Shown one piece after another: positions 6,979-15,062 of a stretch of DNA of 20,197 nt. Positions within the stretch are counted from its first letter, which is position 1. The number at the start of each line of letters is the position of its first letter. The DNA lies in the NCBI GenBank assembly GCA_964588985.1, contig CAZPQW010000038.1, forward strand, positions 1 through 20,197, given 5' to 3'. The translations under genes were made by a program, and so were the position numbers. The notes under the pieces were generated by a model. That model saw only the letters and a list, made by a program, of their open reading frames with translations. It searched no databases and was not told the origin of the DNA. Source of the DNA: an uncultured Solirubrobacteraceae bacterium. Lineage in GTDB: Bacteria > Actinomycetota > Thermoleophilia > Solirubrobacterales > Solirubrobacteraceae.

Positions 6979-7890
6979 TCAGGCCTGGCTCCTCGCCAAG
7001 TCCACGTCGAGCGCCTGCGCGCCGCTGGGCGCGTCGGGCACCTGCTCGGGGTGCAGGATGTGCGCGAGCAGCTCGATCCCGTCGGTGAGCCGCGGACCCG
7101 GGCGCGAGAAGTACGCCGACGCGTTCACCGCGACGATCCGCTGGGCGTTCAACGCGGCCAGCTCGTCCGCGTGGGCCAGCGCCTCCTCGAGCGCCCGCGG
7201 TGCGTCATACCCACACGGCATCACCACCACGATCTCGGGCTCGGCAGCCGCGACGGTCTCCCAGCCGACGCTCACGGACGGTTCTCCGGGCATCCCGAGC
7301 ACGTCCTCTCCGCCCGCCAGCTCGATCAGCTGCGGCGTCCAATGGCCGGCGACGTACACCGGGTCGAGCCACTCGAGCACCGCCACGCGAGGACGCCGCT
7401 GCCCCCGCACGGCCAGCTTGACGCGATCGATGCGAGCGGCCGCCTGCTGGATCAGATCGACGCCCGTGTCGCGTCGCTCGGTTGCCTGGGCGAGTGTGCG
7501 CACGTCGCCGAACGTCTCCCCGAGCGTCTTCGGGTCGAGTGCGATCACGCTCGGATGGGAGGGCAGGCCCTTGGCGACCTCCGCGACCTCGTCGTAGGAG
7601 ACCGCACACACGGGGCACAGCGCCTGCGTCACGATCAGATCGGGCTCTAGCGCCGCCAGCGCGTCGCGGTCCAGCGCGTAGATCGCCTCGCCCGCGAGCG
7701 TGCGCTCGCGCACCGCCGTGTCGATCTCCACCGCGCTGAGGCCGGCGGGGAGCACGTCGCGGGTGACCTGCGGGAGGGCAAGCGCCGCGGGCGGGTGGTC
7801 GCACTCGTGCGTCACGCCGACGATCTCGGAGTCGAGACCGAGGGCGAACAGCAGCTCGGTGGCGTGGGGCACGAGACTCACGATGCGCAT
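6979..7890 (-). CDS. Cobalamin/Fe-siderophore ABC-type substrate-binding family protein (BtuF-like), no signal peptide
   Basis: RIVSLVPHATELLFALG, GVTHECD, PDLIVTQ, EWLDP and SRPGPRL motifs. Confidence 0.88.
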   Translation of the reverse strand: MRIVSLVPHATELLFALGLDSEIVGVTHECDHPPAALALPQVTRDVLPAGLSAVEIDTAVRERTLAGEAIYALDRDALAALEPDLIVTQALCPVCAVSYDEVAEVAKGLPSHPSVIALDPKTLGETFGDVRTLAQATERRDTGVDLIQQAAARIDRVKLAVRGQRRPRVAVLEWLDPVYVAGHWTPQLIELAGGEDVLGMPGEPSVSVGWETVAAAEPEIVVVMPCGYDAPRALEEALAHADELAALNAQRIVAVNASAYFSRPGPRLTDGIELLAHILHPEQVPDAPSGAQALDVDLARSQA

Positions 7891-7922
7891 CCCCTGACTT
7901 TAGGAGCTAACCTCGCAGCTGG

Positions 7923-8207
7923 ATGGCCTCGCTCGAGCAAGCCGAGATAGAGCAGCGCCTCGCCGGCCGCGAGGGCTGGAGGCTGAGTGAGGAACGCGCG
8001 ATCGAGCGCGAGTGGACGTTCTCCGACTTCGCAGCCGCGATCGTGTTCGTGAACAGAGTGGCTGAGCTGGCAGAGGCGGCCAACCATCACCCGGACATCC
8101 TGCTCCACGGCTGGAACAAGGTGCGCCTGACGCTCTCCACGCACTCCCAGGGAGGCCTCACCGACGCGGACTTCGCACTCGCGGGGGAGATCGATCGTCT
8201 CGCCTAA
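7923..8207 (+). CDS. phhB: Pterin-4-alpha-carbinolamine dehydratase
   Basis: F.DF..A..FVN.VA..AE..NHHPDI, LSTHSQGGLT..DF.LA motifs. Confidence 0.95.
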   Translation: MASLEQAEIEQRLAGREGWRLSEERAIEREWTFSDFAAAIVFVNRVAELAEAANHHPDILLHGWNKVRLTLSTHSQGGLTDADFALAGEIDRLA

Positions 8208-8283
8208 GCACCACGCTCAGCCGTCCCGCGACGTCTCCGTTCCGACCATCGCCCTTGCTACCTTGGGGAGGTCGACAAGCACG

Positions 8284-8343
8284 ATGAACGACGACGAAGA
8301 AGATCACCCCCGAAGTAGCGTGGCTCCCGCCGGTCGCGCGTGA
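8284..8343 (+). CDS. Putative acidic leader peptide MNDDEEDHPRSSVAPAGRA (19 aa), coupled to the CorC-type gene
   Basis: ATG 8284, upstream GGGGAGG (8265-8271) and -10 TACCTT (8259-8264). Its TGA (8341-8343) overlaps the GTG start at 8340, which has no SD of its own. Confidence 0.55.
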   Translation: MNDDEEDHPRSSVAPAGRA

Positions 8344-9665
8344 ACGGGCTCAAGCTCATCCTCGCGGCGCTGCTCGTCGCGATCAACGCGTTCTTCGTGA
8401 TCGCCGAGTACGCGCTCGTGCGCTCGCGCAGAGAGCGTCTGGAAGGTATGCGCGACGAAGGCGCGAAGGGCGCCAAGCTCGCGCTGGCGCAGCTCGGGAA
8501 CGTCAACGAGTACATCTCCGCCGTGCAGATCGGCGTGACGATGACCTCGATCGGGATCGGAGCGCTGGGCGAGCCCGCACTCGCGGACATCCTCAAGGGC
8601 GCGTTCGGGAGCACCATCAGCCATGGCGTCGCGGTTGCCGTGGCGGTGATCGTGGCGTTCCTGATCATCTCCTCCGCGCAGCTGATCGCGGGCGAGATGG
8701 TGCCGAAGTTCTACGCGATCGACCGCGCCGAGGCGGTCGCCCGCCGCGTGGCGCGGCCGCTGGGCGCGTTCAGCGTCCTGTTCAGGCCGGTGATCGTCGC
8801 GCTCACAGCGGTGTCCGATCGCATCCTGCGCCGGCTCGGCGTGGACATGAGCGCAGCGCGCCAGGGCGGATCCTCCGACGAGCTCAAGCGCCTGATCGCG
8901 GAGTCGCACGAGGGCGGGCACATCGATCGCGGCGAGTCGGAGATGCTGACGGGCGTCTTTCACCTGCACGAGCAGGAGGCGCGCCAGGTGATGACCCCGA
9001 TCCCGGCGGTCGTGACGGTCGACAGCTCCCAGGACGTGGAGAGCGCGCTGCGCCTGTGCGTCTCCAGCGGCCACACGCGCCTGGTTGTGACCGAAGAGGA
9101 AGACCGCGACCGCGTGCGCGGCATCGTGCACGTGAGCTCGCTCGTGCGCCAGCTGATGCAGGACGGCCCGGGCTCGCCGGTGGAGCCGCTCGTGCGCGAC
9201 GCGCTGATCGTGCCCGAGACCAAGCCGCTCGACGACCTGCTCGCGGATTTGCAGCGCGGACGCACGTCGATGGCGATCGTGGTCGATGAGTACGGCCGCG
9301 TGGTGGGCGTGGTGACGATCGAGGACATCATCGAGGAGGTCGTCGGCGAGATCGACGACGAGACCGATCCGAGCACCGGCGAGATCCGCCGGCTCGCCAA
9401 CGGCGACTGGTTCGTGCGCGGCCATGTCGCCGTCGCCGACCTGGCCGACTACGGCCTCGACCTGCCGGTGGACACCGACGCGTACAACTCCGTCGGCGGC
9501 TTCGTGTTCGCCGAGCTGGGGCGCCTGCCCCGCCGCGGCGACACGGTCAACGCGGACGGGTTCTCGATCAGGGTGGAGTCGGTGCGCGACAACCGCATCG
9601 AGGCGGTACGCATCCGCGAACGCCGGCCGGTGCAGCAGGGCGACGGTCGCGACGCTCAGGACTGA
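8340..9665 (+). CDS. Hemolysin-family CNNM(DUF21)-CBS-CBS-CorC_HlyC protein, probable Mg2+/Co2+ transport or efflux
   Basis: NAFFVIAEYALV, QIGVT, GEMVPK, VMTP, GHTRL, VDEYG..GVVTIEDIIEEVVGEIDDETD and a C-terminal CorC domain. Confidence 0.95.
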   Translation: MNGLKLILAALLVAINAFFVIAEYALVRSRRERLEGMRDEGAKGAKLALAQLGNVNEYISAVQIGVTMTSIGIGALGEPALADILKGAFGSTISHGVAVAVAVIVAFLIISSAQLIAGEMVPKFYAIDRAEAVARRVARPLGAFSVLFRPVIVALTAVSDRILRRLGVDMSAARQGGSSDELKRLIAESHEGGHIDRGESEMLTGVFHLHEQEARQVMTPIPAVVTVDSSQDVESALRLCVSSGHTRLVVTEEEDRDRVRGIVHVSSLVRQLMQDGPGSPVEPLVRDALIVPETKPLDDLLADLQRGRTSMAIVVDEYGRVVGVVTIEDIIEEVVGEIDDETDPSTGEIRRLANGDWFVRGHVAVADLADYGLDLPVDTDAYNSVGGFVFAELGRLPRRGDTVNADGFSIRVESVRDNRIEAVRIRERRPVQQGDGRDAQD

Positions 9666-9677
9666 AACCGGCCCGTT

Positions 9678-9764
9678 AAACACGTCCGGCCCGCGGGGGG
9701 AGCGGGCCGGATCGCGTGCACTGGGAGGAGGCGGGTGTGCGATGCGACTGTCTGTATGTCGCAT
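9678..9764 (-). ncRNA. Candidate small RNA with C-rich loops (6C-like / anti-SD)
   Basis: Three stems on the minus strand. One loop carries CCTCCTCCC, and a 10-bp stem carries a TCCCCCC loop followed by GTGTTT. Possible -10 GATACT at 9770-9775. Confidence 0.45.
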
Positions 9765-9840
9765 GACCAAGTATCGCCAGCTTGATCAACCGCAGCTAAA
9801 AGGCACCTCAGCGTTGGCGAAATGTTCCTCAGTCGGCTCG

Positions 9841-10647
9841 TCAGTAGGTGTGGAAACCGCGTCCGCTCTTGCGTCCGAGCGCGCCGTCGGCGATCAGCTC
9901 GTCGACCTTCGCGGGTATCGGGGCGCCGATCGTCTCGCCGATCGCCTTGGAGACATCGAGGCCCACGAGGTCGAGCAGCGCGAGCGGCCCCATCGGGTGC
10001 CCAGCTCCGAGTCGCATGCACGTGTCGACGTCGGCGGGCTCCATGCCGGTCTCTTCGACGAGGCGCACCGCGCTGAACAGATAGGGGAACAGCAGTCGGT
10101 TGACGACGAACCCGGGGACGTCGGGAACCTCGACGGGCGTCTTCTCGAACTTCTCGCACAGTGCGAGCGCCCGGTCGCGCGTCTCGGCGCTGGCGGCCTC
10201 GGGAAAGATCAGCTCGACGAGCTTCATCTTGGTGACGGGGTTGAACACGTGCAGCCCGACGAAGTGCTCGGGGCGTCCGCTGGCCTGCGCGAGGCGCTCG
10301 ACCGACAGGGAGGAGGTGGTGCTCGCGAGGATCGCGTCGGGGGCGAGGATCGCGTTGAGCTCGCCCAGCAGCGCTGCCTTGGCGTCGTGGTTCTCGACCA
10401 CGGCCTCGACCACGAACGTGGCTTCGGCGAGCGCCTGCGGGTCGGTGACGATTTCGACGTGTTCGGGGTCGACCTCCGCGCCGAGGCGCGAGAGGGTCTT
10501 CTCGACGGTCGCTCGCGCGCGCTCCGCGGAGCTCTGCGAGCGCGCGAGCAGCAGCACCGGTCCGTGGTGGGCGGCCGTCGCGGCCAGGCCGCACGCGATC
10601 GCGCCGCTGCCGGCCACCGCGAGGCGTTTGCTCACTTTGCTCTCCAT
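9841..10647 (-). CDS. 3-hydroxyacyl-CoA (3-hydroxybutyryl-CoA) dehydrogenase family protein
   Basis: GSGAIACG Rossmann motif, VEAVVE, STTSSL, GLHVFNP, PGFVVNR, GHPMGP, D.VGLD, GRKSGRGF. Start is ATG 10647 or GTG 10635 (the latter has a GGAG SD). Confidence 0.93.
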   Translation of the reverse strand: MESKVSKRLAVAGSGAIACGLAATAAHHGPVLLLARSQSSAERARATVEKTLSRLGAEVDPEHVEIVTDPQALAEATFVVEAVVENHDAKAALLGELNAILAPDAILASTTSSLSVERLAQASGRPEHFVGLHVFNPVTKMKLVELIFPEAASAETRDRALALCEKFEKTPVEVPDVPGFVVNRLLFPYLFSAVRLVEETGMEPADVDTCMRLGAGHPMGPLALLDLVGLDVSKAIGETIGAPIPAKVDELIADGALGRKSGRGFHTY

Positions 10648-10670
10648 GGGGATATCGGTCGCCTTCCTGG

Positions 10671-10686
10671 TTGACTGACCAGTCAA
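10671..10686. promoter_or_regulatory. Palindromic operator TTGACTG-AC-CAGTCAA (TetR-type site)
   Basis: Perfect 7-bp inverted repeat with a 2-nt spacer between divergent fatty-acid degradation genes. Confidence 0.6.
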
Positions 10687-10795
10687 TCGAGGGTCATTAA
10701 CGCGGTAGAGTACGGATGCACGGTCCGGGCAGCTTTTCAGATGCGCCCCGATCCCATAACCCGCTTTGCAAAGACTCCGTAGGAGGACTCCTGAC

Positions 10796-11968
10796 ATGAG
10801 GCAACCAGAGGGCCGCGAAGTAGTGATCGTCGAGGCGGTGCGCACGCCGATCGGTCGTGGGCACAAGGAGAAGGGCTACTACAAGGACACCCACCCGAAC
10901 ACGCTGCTGGCCGAGGTGTACACCGAGGTGATCAAGCGTGCGGGCATCGACGCGGCGGAGGTCGAGGACGTGATCGCCGGTTGCGTGCAGCAGTTCGGCG
11001 AGCAGGGCTTCAACATCGCGCGCAACGCGTGGCTGCAGGCGGGGCTGCCGATCGAGACGCCCGGCACGACGGTGGACCGCCAGTGCGGCTCCGCCCAGCA
11101 GGCGGTGAACTTCTCCGCGGCGCTGATCGCGGCGGGCGTGCACGACGCGATGATCGGCTCGGGCGTGGAGCACATGGGCCACTTCCCGTTCTCCGCCGGG
11201 ATGAAGACGCAGGAGGAGTTCGGCCTCGCGTTCACCCCCGAGCTGATGGCGAAGCACAACATCGTCGGGCAGGGCCTCGGCGCCGAGATGATCGCGGACC
11301 AGTGGGAGATCCCCCGCTCCGAGCTGGACGAGCTCGCGGTGCGCTCGCACCGTCTCGCCCACCAGGCAACCGAGGAGGGCCGCTTCGAGCGCGAGATCGT
11401 GCCGATGACGGTTGGCGGAGAGACATACGTCACCGACCAGGGCATACGCCCCGAAACGAGCCTCGAGACGCTCTCGACGCTCAAGCCGGCGTTCAAGCCG
11501 GACGGCAAGATCACCGCGGGCAACGCGTCGCAGATCTCAGACGGTGCGGCGGCTGTGCTGCTGATGTCGGCTGAGAAGGCGAAGGCGCTCGGGCTGACCG
11601 CACGCGCGCGGATCGTCGACCAGACGACGGTGGGCTGCGACCCGGTGAAAATGCTCGAGGGGCCGATCCCCGCGACGCGCAAAATCCTCGAGCGCAACGG
11701 GATGCAGATCGACGACATCGACCTGTTCGAGATCAACGAGGCGTTCGCCCCCGTCGTGGCCGCGTGGCGGCGCGAGCTGTCCCCGGACATGGACCGCGTG
11801 AACGTCAACGGCGGAGCGATGGCGCTCGGGCACCCGCTCGGCTCCACCGGCGCGCGTCTGATCACCACGCTGCTGCACGAGCTCGAGCGCTCCGACAAGG
11901 AGATCGGCCTCGTGACGATGTGCTGCGGTGGCGGTCTCGGGACCGGCACGCTGATTCAGCGCGTCTGA
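10796..11968 (+). CDS. Acetyl-CoA C-acyltransferase (thiolase)
   Basis: AVRTPIG, RQCGS (catalytic Cys), TAGNASQISDGA, NEAF, GHPLG, MCCGGG. SD AGGAGG before ATG 10796. Confidence 0.96.
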   Translation: MRQPEGREVVIVEAVRTPIGRGHKEKGYYKDTHPNTLLAEVYTEVIKRAGIDAAEVEDVIAGCVQQFGEQGFNIARNAWLQAGLPIETPGTTVDRQCGSAQQAVNFSAALIAAGVHDAMIGSGVEHMGHFPFSAGMKTQEEFGLAFTPELMAKHNIVGQGLGAEMIADQWEIPRSELDELAVRSHRLAHQATEEGRFEREIVPMTVGGETYVTDQGIRPETSLETLSTLKPAFKPDGKITAGNASQISDGAAAVLLMSAEKAKALGLTARARIVDQTTVGCDPVKMLEGPIPATRKILERNGMQIDDIDLFEINEAFAPVVAAWRRELSPDMDRVNVNGGAMALGHPLGSTGARLITTLLHELERSDKEIGLVTMCCGGGLGTGTLIQRV

Positions 11969-12007
11969 TCTGAACCCAGCGAACGCGAACAGAAGCTAAC
12001 TACGTTT

Positions 12008-12067
12008 AGGGGCCGGCTTTCGGGCCGGCCTCTCGGGTTGCGGGGCGCTTCGTAGGAGGCGCCCCGC
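12008..12067. terminator. Tandem hairpins between convergent genes
   Basis: AGGGGCCGGCT-TTCG-GGCCGGCCTCT (12008-12033) and GCGGGGCGCTTC-GTAG-GAGGCGCCCCGC (12040-12067). Confidence 0.65.
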
Positions 12068-12070
12068 GAC

Positions 12071-13687
12071 TCAGGCGCTTGGCCCTGTACCCGTCCAGTC
12101 CACCGCGACGGGGGGTAGGGCCAGCAGCGCGGTCCACGTCGCCGGGTCGGCGACGCCGCTGGCGGGGATGCCGTGGGCGGTCTGGAAGGACTGGAGGTTG
12201 GCGGTCGTCTGCGAGCCGAAGATGCCGGTCGTTTCCTGCGCGGGGACGGCGCTGGCGAGATGCTCCTGCAGCCACAGCACCTGATCGCCCTTGCTGCCGC
12301 TGTGGACTTCGGGGTATTCGGTGTTCGGCGTGACGCTCGTGAGCGGCGTGAGCGGCGCGGCGAGCGTGCTCCAGCCGCTCGCCTTCGTTTCCTGCCAGTC
12401 CCAGAAGGACCAGCCGGTGGCGCCGTAGTCGACCGCCTCCTCGCGGAAGCGCAGCAGGTCGCTTGTGGAGACGCCGCCGTAGGTCTGCCCGAGCGGGTAG
12501 ATCGGGCGGCCGTAGATGCGGTTGGCGATGTAGGTGTTCGCGTAGATCGTGTCGACGGACACTCCGATGTCCTTCCAGTACATCTGCGGCGCGTTGAACT
12601 GCGCTCCGTTCGGGCCGAGGAACACCGAGTAGGGGAAGGACGGGTGGTATGAGACGTAGGGGAAGGACGCGAGGCCGACGGGGTAGTTGGGCCCGACCTT
12701 CGCACGCAGTTCGGCGATGTAGCGCTGCGCTGAGCCGTAGCGCCCTTCGTACTCTGCCTCCGCGTCGATCACGAGGCAGTCCGCGCCGGTCGCGGCCGCC
12801 TGCGCGCCGAGGTTCGCCTCGCCGACGGGACTGGTGCCGTACACGTACTGCCACGCGCACACCTTCAGCCCGTTGGCGTGCAGTTCGGCGACGAGTTGGG
12901 CGGAGAACTGGCTCCAGTAGTTGCTAGGGCCGTCGGAACTCTTGACGAACACCGTCGTCACGCCCGCCGCGTGGGCCTGCGCGACGATCGACGCGACGCT
13001 GCCGCCGTTGGACTGGCCGACGTACCAGATCCACATGCCCTGGCCGTCGAAGCCGCTCCCGCCTGGCGGGGGCGTGTTGGGCGTGACGGGAAGGGGTTTC
13101 GCGGGCGGGTGCAGCGCGTGGCGGTAGACGTAGATCGGTCCGTAGGAGCTCGTGTGTCGACCGTGGCTGAGCAGGATCATGATGTGCCCTGAGTGCGCGC
13201 TTGCGGGCACCGTCACGATCAGCCCGGCGCTGGTTCGGCGCAGGCGCGAGGCGGGGGAGACGGTGCTGATGCGCGCGCCGGGCGTTCTTGGGAAGGCGAC
13301 GACCATGTTCGGCGTCAGGCCCGAGCCGGACAGCAGCAGCGTGCCGTGGGTAGAGACCTGATGGGGGTTGCCGCTGCACCTGCTCACCGGCATGCAGCTG
13401 ACGGTCGAGATTCGCACGCTCGTCACGTGCGCCGAGGTGGTCTTGCTCGACGGGGAGGTCTTCGCGCTCGGGGTGGTGCTCGTGGGTGCGCTTCCGCCCG
13501 CCGGTGTGCCGCCGGGACTCGCCGCGAGCGATGGCTGCGCCCAGGCGATCAGGGCGAGCAGCAGCGCCGCCAGCGAAGCTGTGAGAAACCTCAAACGCTT
13601 GTGAGCGAGAGTGCTCGCCAAGTTCAACAAACCCCTTCGCGCCAACGATCGTGCGTTCGCGCCGGGCGGCCGGCGCCGTCCGAGCAA
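12071..13687 (-). CDS. Secreted protein with a glycoside-hydrolase-like barrel and C-terminal peptidoglycan-binding domain (start possibly TTG ~13621-13630)
   Basis: Signal peptide ending AQPSLA, Ser/Thr linker, GMWIWY...KSSDG...AWQYVY...IDAEAEY core, PG_binding_1 signature GSKGDQVLWLQ...TGIFG..T...FQ..HGI..SGVADPATW. Confidence 0.85.
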   Translation of the reverse strand: MLGRRRPPGANARSLARRGLLNLASTLAHKRLRFLTASLAALLLALIAWAQPSLAASPGGTPAGGSAPTSTTPSAKTSPSSKTTSAHVTSVRISTVSCMPVSRCSGNPHQVSTHGTLLLSGSGLTPNMVVAFPRTPGARISTVSPASRLRRTSAGLIVTVPASAHSGHIMILLSHGRHTSSYGPIYVYRHALHPPAKPLPVTPNTPPPGGSGFDGQGMWIWYVGQSNGGSVASIVAQAHAAGVTTVFVKSSDGPSNYWSQFSAQLVAELHANGLKVCAWQYVYGTSPVGEANLGAQAAATGADCLVIDAEAEYEGRYGSAQRYIAELRAKVGPNYPVGLASFPYVSYHPSFPYSVFLGPNGAQFNAPQMYWKDIGVSVDTIYANTYIANRIYGRPIYPLGQTYGGVSTSDLLRFREEAVDYGATGWSFWDWQETKASGWSTLAAPLTPLTSVTPNTEYPEVHSGSKGDQVLWLQEHLASAVPAQETTGIFGSQTTANLQSFQTAHGIPASGVADPATWTALLALPPVAVDWTGTGPSA

Positions 13688-13767
13688 TGGAATGCGACGT
13701 TATCTGCTCTGAGTAGGCAAACCGACGCCCGCCACAGAAGTTGCGCTCCCGGAGCCCCCGACGGCGC

Positions 13768-14817
13768 TCAACCCCAGCGGAAGCCGAGCTCCGAAGGCGT
13801 GGGAGGCAGCGGGCTCGAAGGCAGTCCGGCGGGCGGCTCGGGGAGGTTGAAGCCGGTGGGCGCGACGTCGTTGGGGGCGTCCGCGTGGAAGATCGAGGCC
13901 AGATACTGGTTCTGGCCGCGACCGACGCCCAGCTCGAACTGCCCGCCGCCGTAGTTGCCGATCGAGCGCTCGGCGCAGTAGTCGTAGGCGTCGAGCAGGT
14001 TGCGCAGGCCGCCGAGGCGGGACGGCTTGATGTTGACCATTCGCGGCGGGTACGGGAGCGCTTCGATGTCCGCGATCGAGTGGATCGGCGCATCCCACGA
14101 GAAGCGCTCGCGGTGCGCGGCGAGCGCCGCGTCGGTCTCCTCCGTGAGCGCCGGATCCTCGATCCATGCGTCGGGGAACGCCTCGGCTACGCGCCGGTAG
14201 AGGATCGGGTCGGCGGGCTGGTCGACGACGGAGCCGACGTAGTAGCCCTTGAAGTCGACCGAGTCGACGGCGCCGGTCGCGACGAGCTGCGCGATCAGCT
14301 GCTCGTCCCACGAGCTCGTGGGGTCGAGCTTGAAGCGCAGCGTGGGGTAGGCGTCCAGGCGCCGGCGCAGCGGCTCGAGCGTGGGCGGCTCACCGAGGCG
14401 CAGCGAGACGACGAAGCGCACCGGCTCGGGCGTGCGCGCGAGCGCGGCGTGCAGAGTGGTGTTGGCCTGGCGCAGGCCGAGGTCGAGCGCCGCCGACTCA
14501 TACGCCCATGTGCGGTAGAGCGCGGAGACCTCGCGTTGCGGCGGCTCGGGGAACAGCGACAACCCCGCGAGGCGCTCGCAGAAGGACGCGAGCGTGTGGG
14601 TGCCGGCGAGCGGCAGCGTCGGGCCGGCCGCCTGCAGGATGTCGTGGTCGACCGCGTCATACGTGACGTCCTCGCCGAGACCCTCCTCGCCGCGGCCGCG
14701 CAGGTGGATGACGGTGCTCTTGCGCTCGAAGTCGCTCGACACGTTCGCCTGCAGCCCCTCCAGCGTGTAGTCCTCGATCTCGACCTCGAGGCCGGCGAGC
14801 TGCTCCCATGTGCTCAC
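13768..14817 (-). CDS. Enolase-superfamily (muconate-lactonizing/OSBS-like fold) protein of unknown substrate, 349 aa
   Basis: GLGE and AYESAALDL capping-domain motifs; FKLD, WIEDP, SWDAP, NIKPSRLG barrel motifs. GTGA overlap with the xseB stop. Confidence 0.75.
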   Translation of the reverse strand: MSTWEQLAGLEVEIEDYTLEGLQANVSSDFERKSTVIHLRGRGEEGLGEDVTYDAVDHDILQAAGPTLPLAGTHTLASFCERLAGLSLFPEPPQREVSALYRTWAYESAALDLGLRQANTTLHAALARTPEPVRFVVSLRLGEPPTLEPLRRRLDAYPTLRFKLDPTSSWDEQLIAQLVATGAVDSVDFKGYYVGSVVDQPADPILYRRVAEAFPDAWIEDPALTEETDAALAAHRERFSWDAPIHSIADIEALPYPPRMVNIKPSRLGGLRNLLDAYDYCAERSIGNYGGGQFELGVGRGQNQYLASIFHADAPNDVAPTGFNLPEPPAGLPSSPLPPTPSELGFRWG

Positions 14818-15062
14818 GCTCCGGCCTCCTGCTCGAGGCGGGCGACGAGCTCGTCGAGTCGCAGCTCCTCGAGCGCTCCGCCGACCGCCGTGAGCTGGCT
14901 CGCGCACAGCTCGATCAGCGCCTTGCCCTCGCCGAGCAGCGAGAGCGTCTCGTCGAGGCTCGCCTCGCCGGAGTCCAGGCGGCGGATGATCTCCTCCACG
15001 CGCCCCGCGGCGGCCTCGTATGTCAGCGGCTGCTCGGACGCTGTCTGCGGCTCGTCGCTCAT
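14814..15062 (-). CDS. xseB: Exodeoxyribonuclease VII small subunit
   Basis: LTYEAA..RVEEIIRRLDSGEASLDETL..GKAL..C; ATGA overlap with xseA. Confidence 0.92.
   Translation of the reverse strand: MSDEPQTASEQPLTYEAAAGRVEEIIRRLDSGEASLDETLSLLGEGKALIELCASQLTAVGGALEELRLDELVARLEQEAGA

Noticed and set aside
7891-7922. Cobalamin riboswitch upstream of the BtuF-like gene
   Set aside because: The intergenic region is only 32 bp.
9723-10674. Plus-strand gene using GGGAGGAGG as SD (ATG 9742)
   Set aside because: The frame runs antisense through the dehydrogenase gene. The motif is better explained as a C-rich loop on the minus strand.
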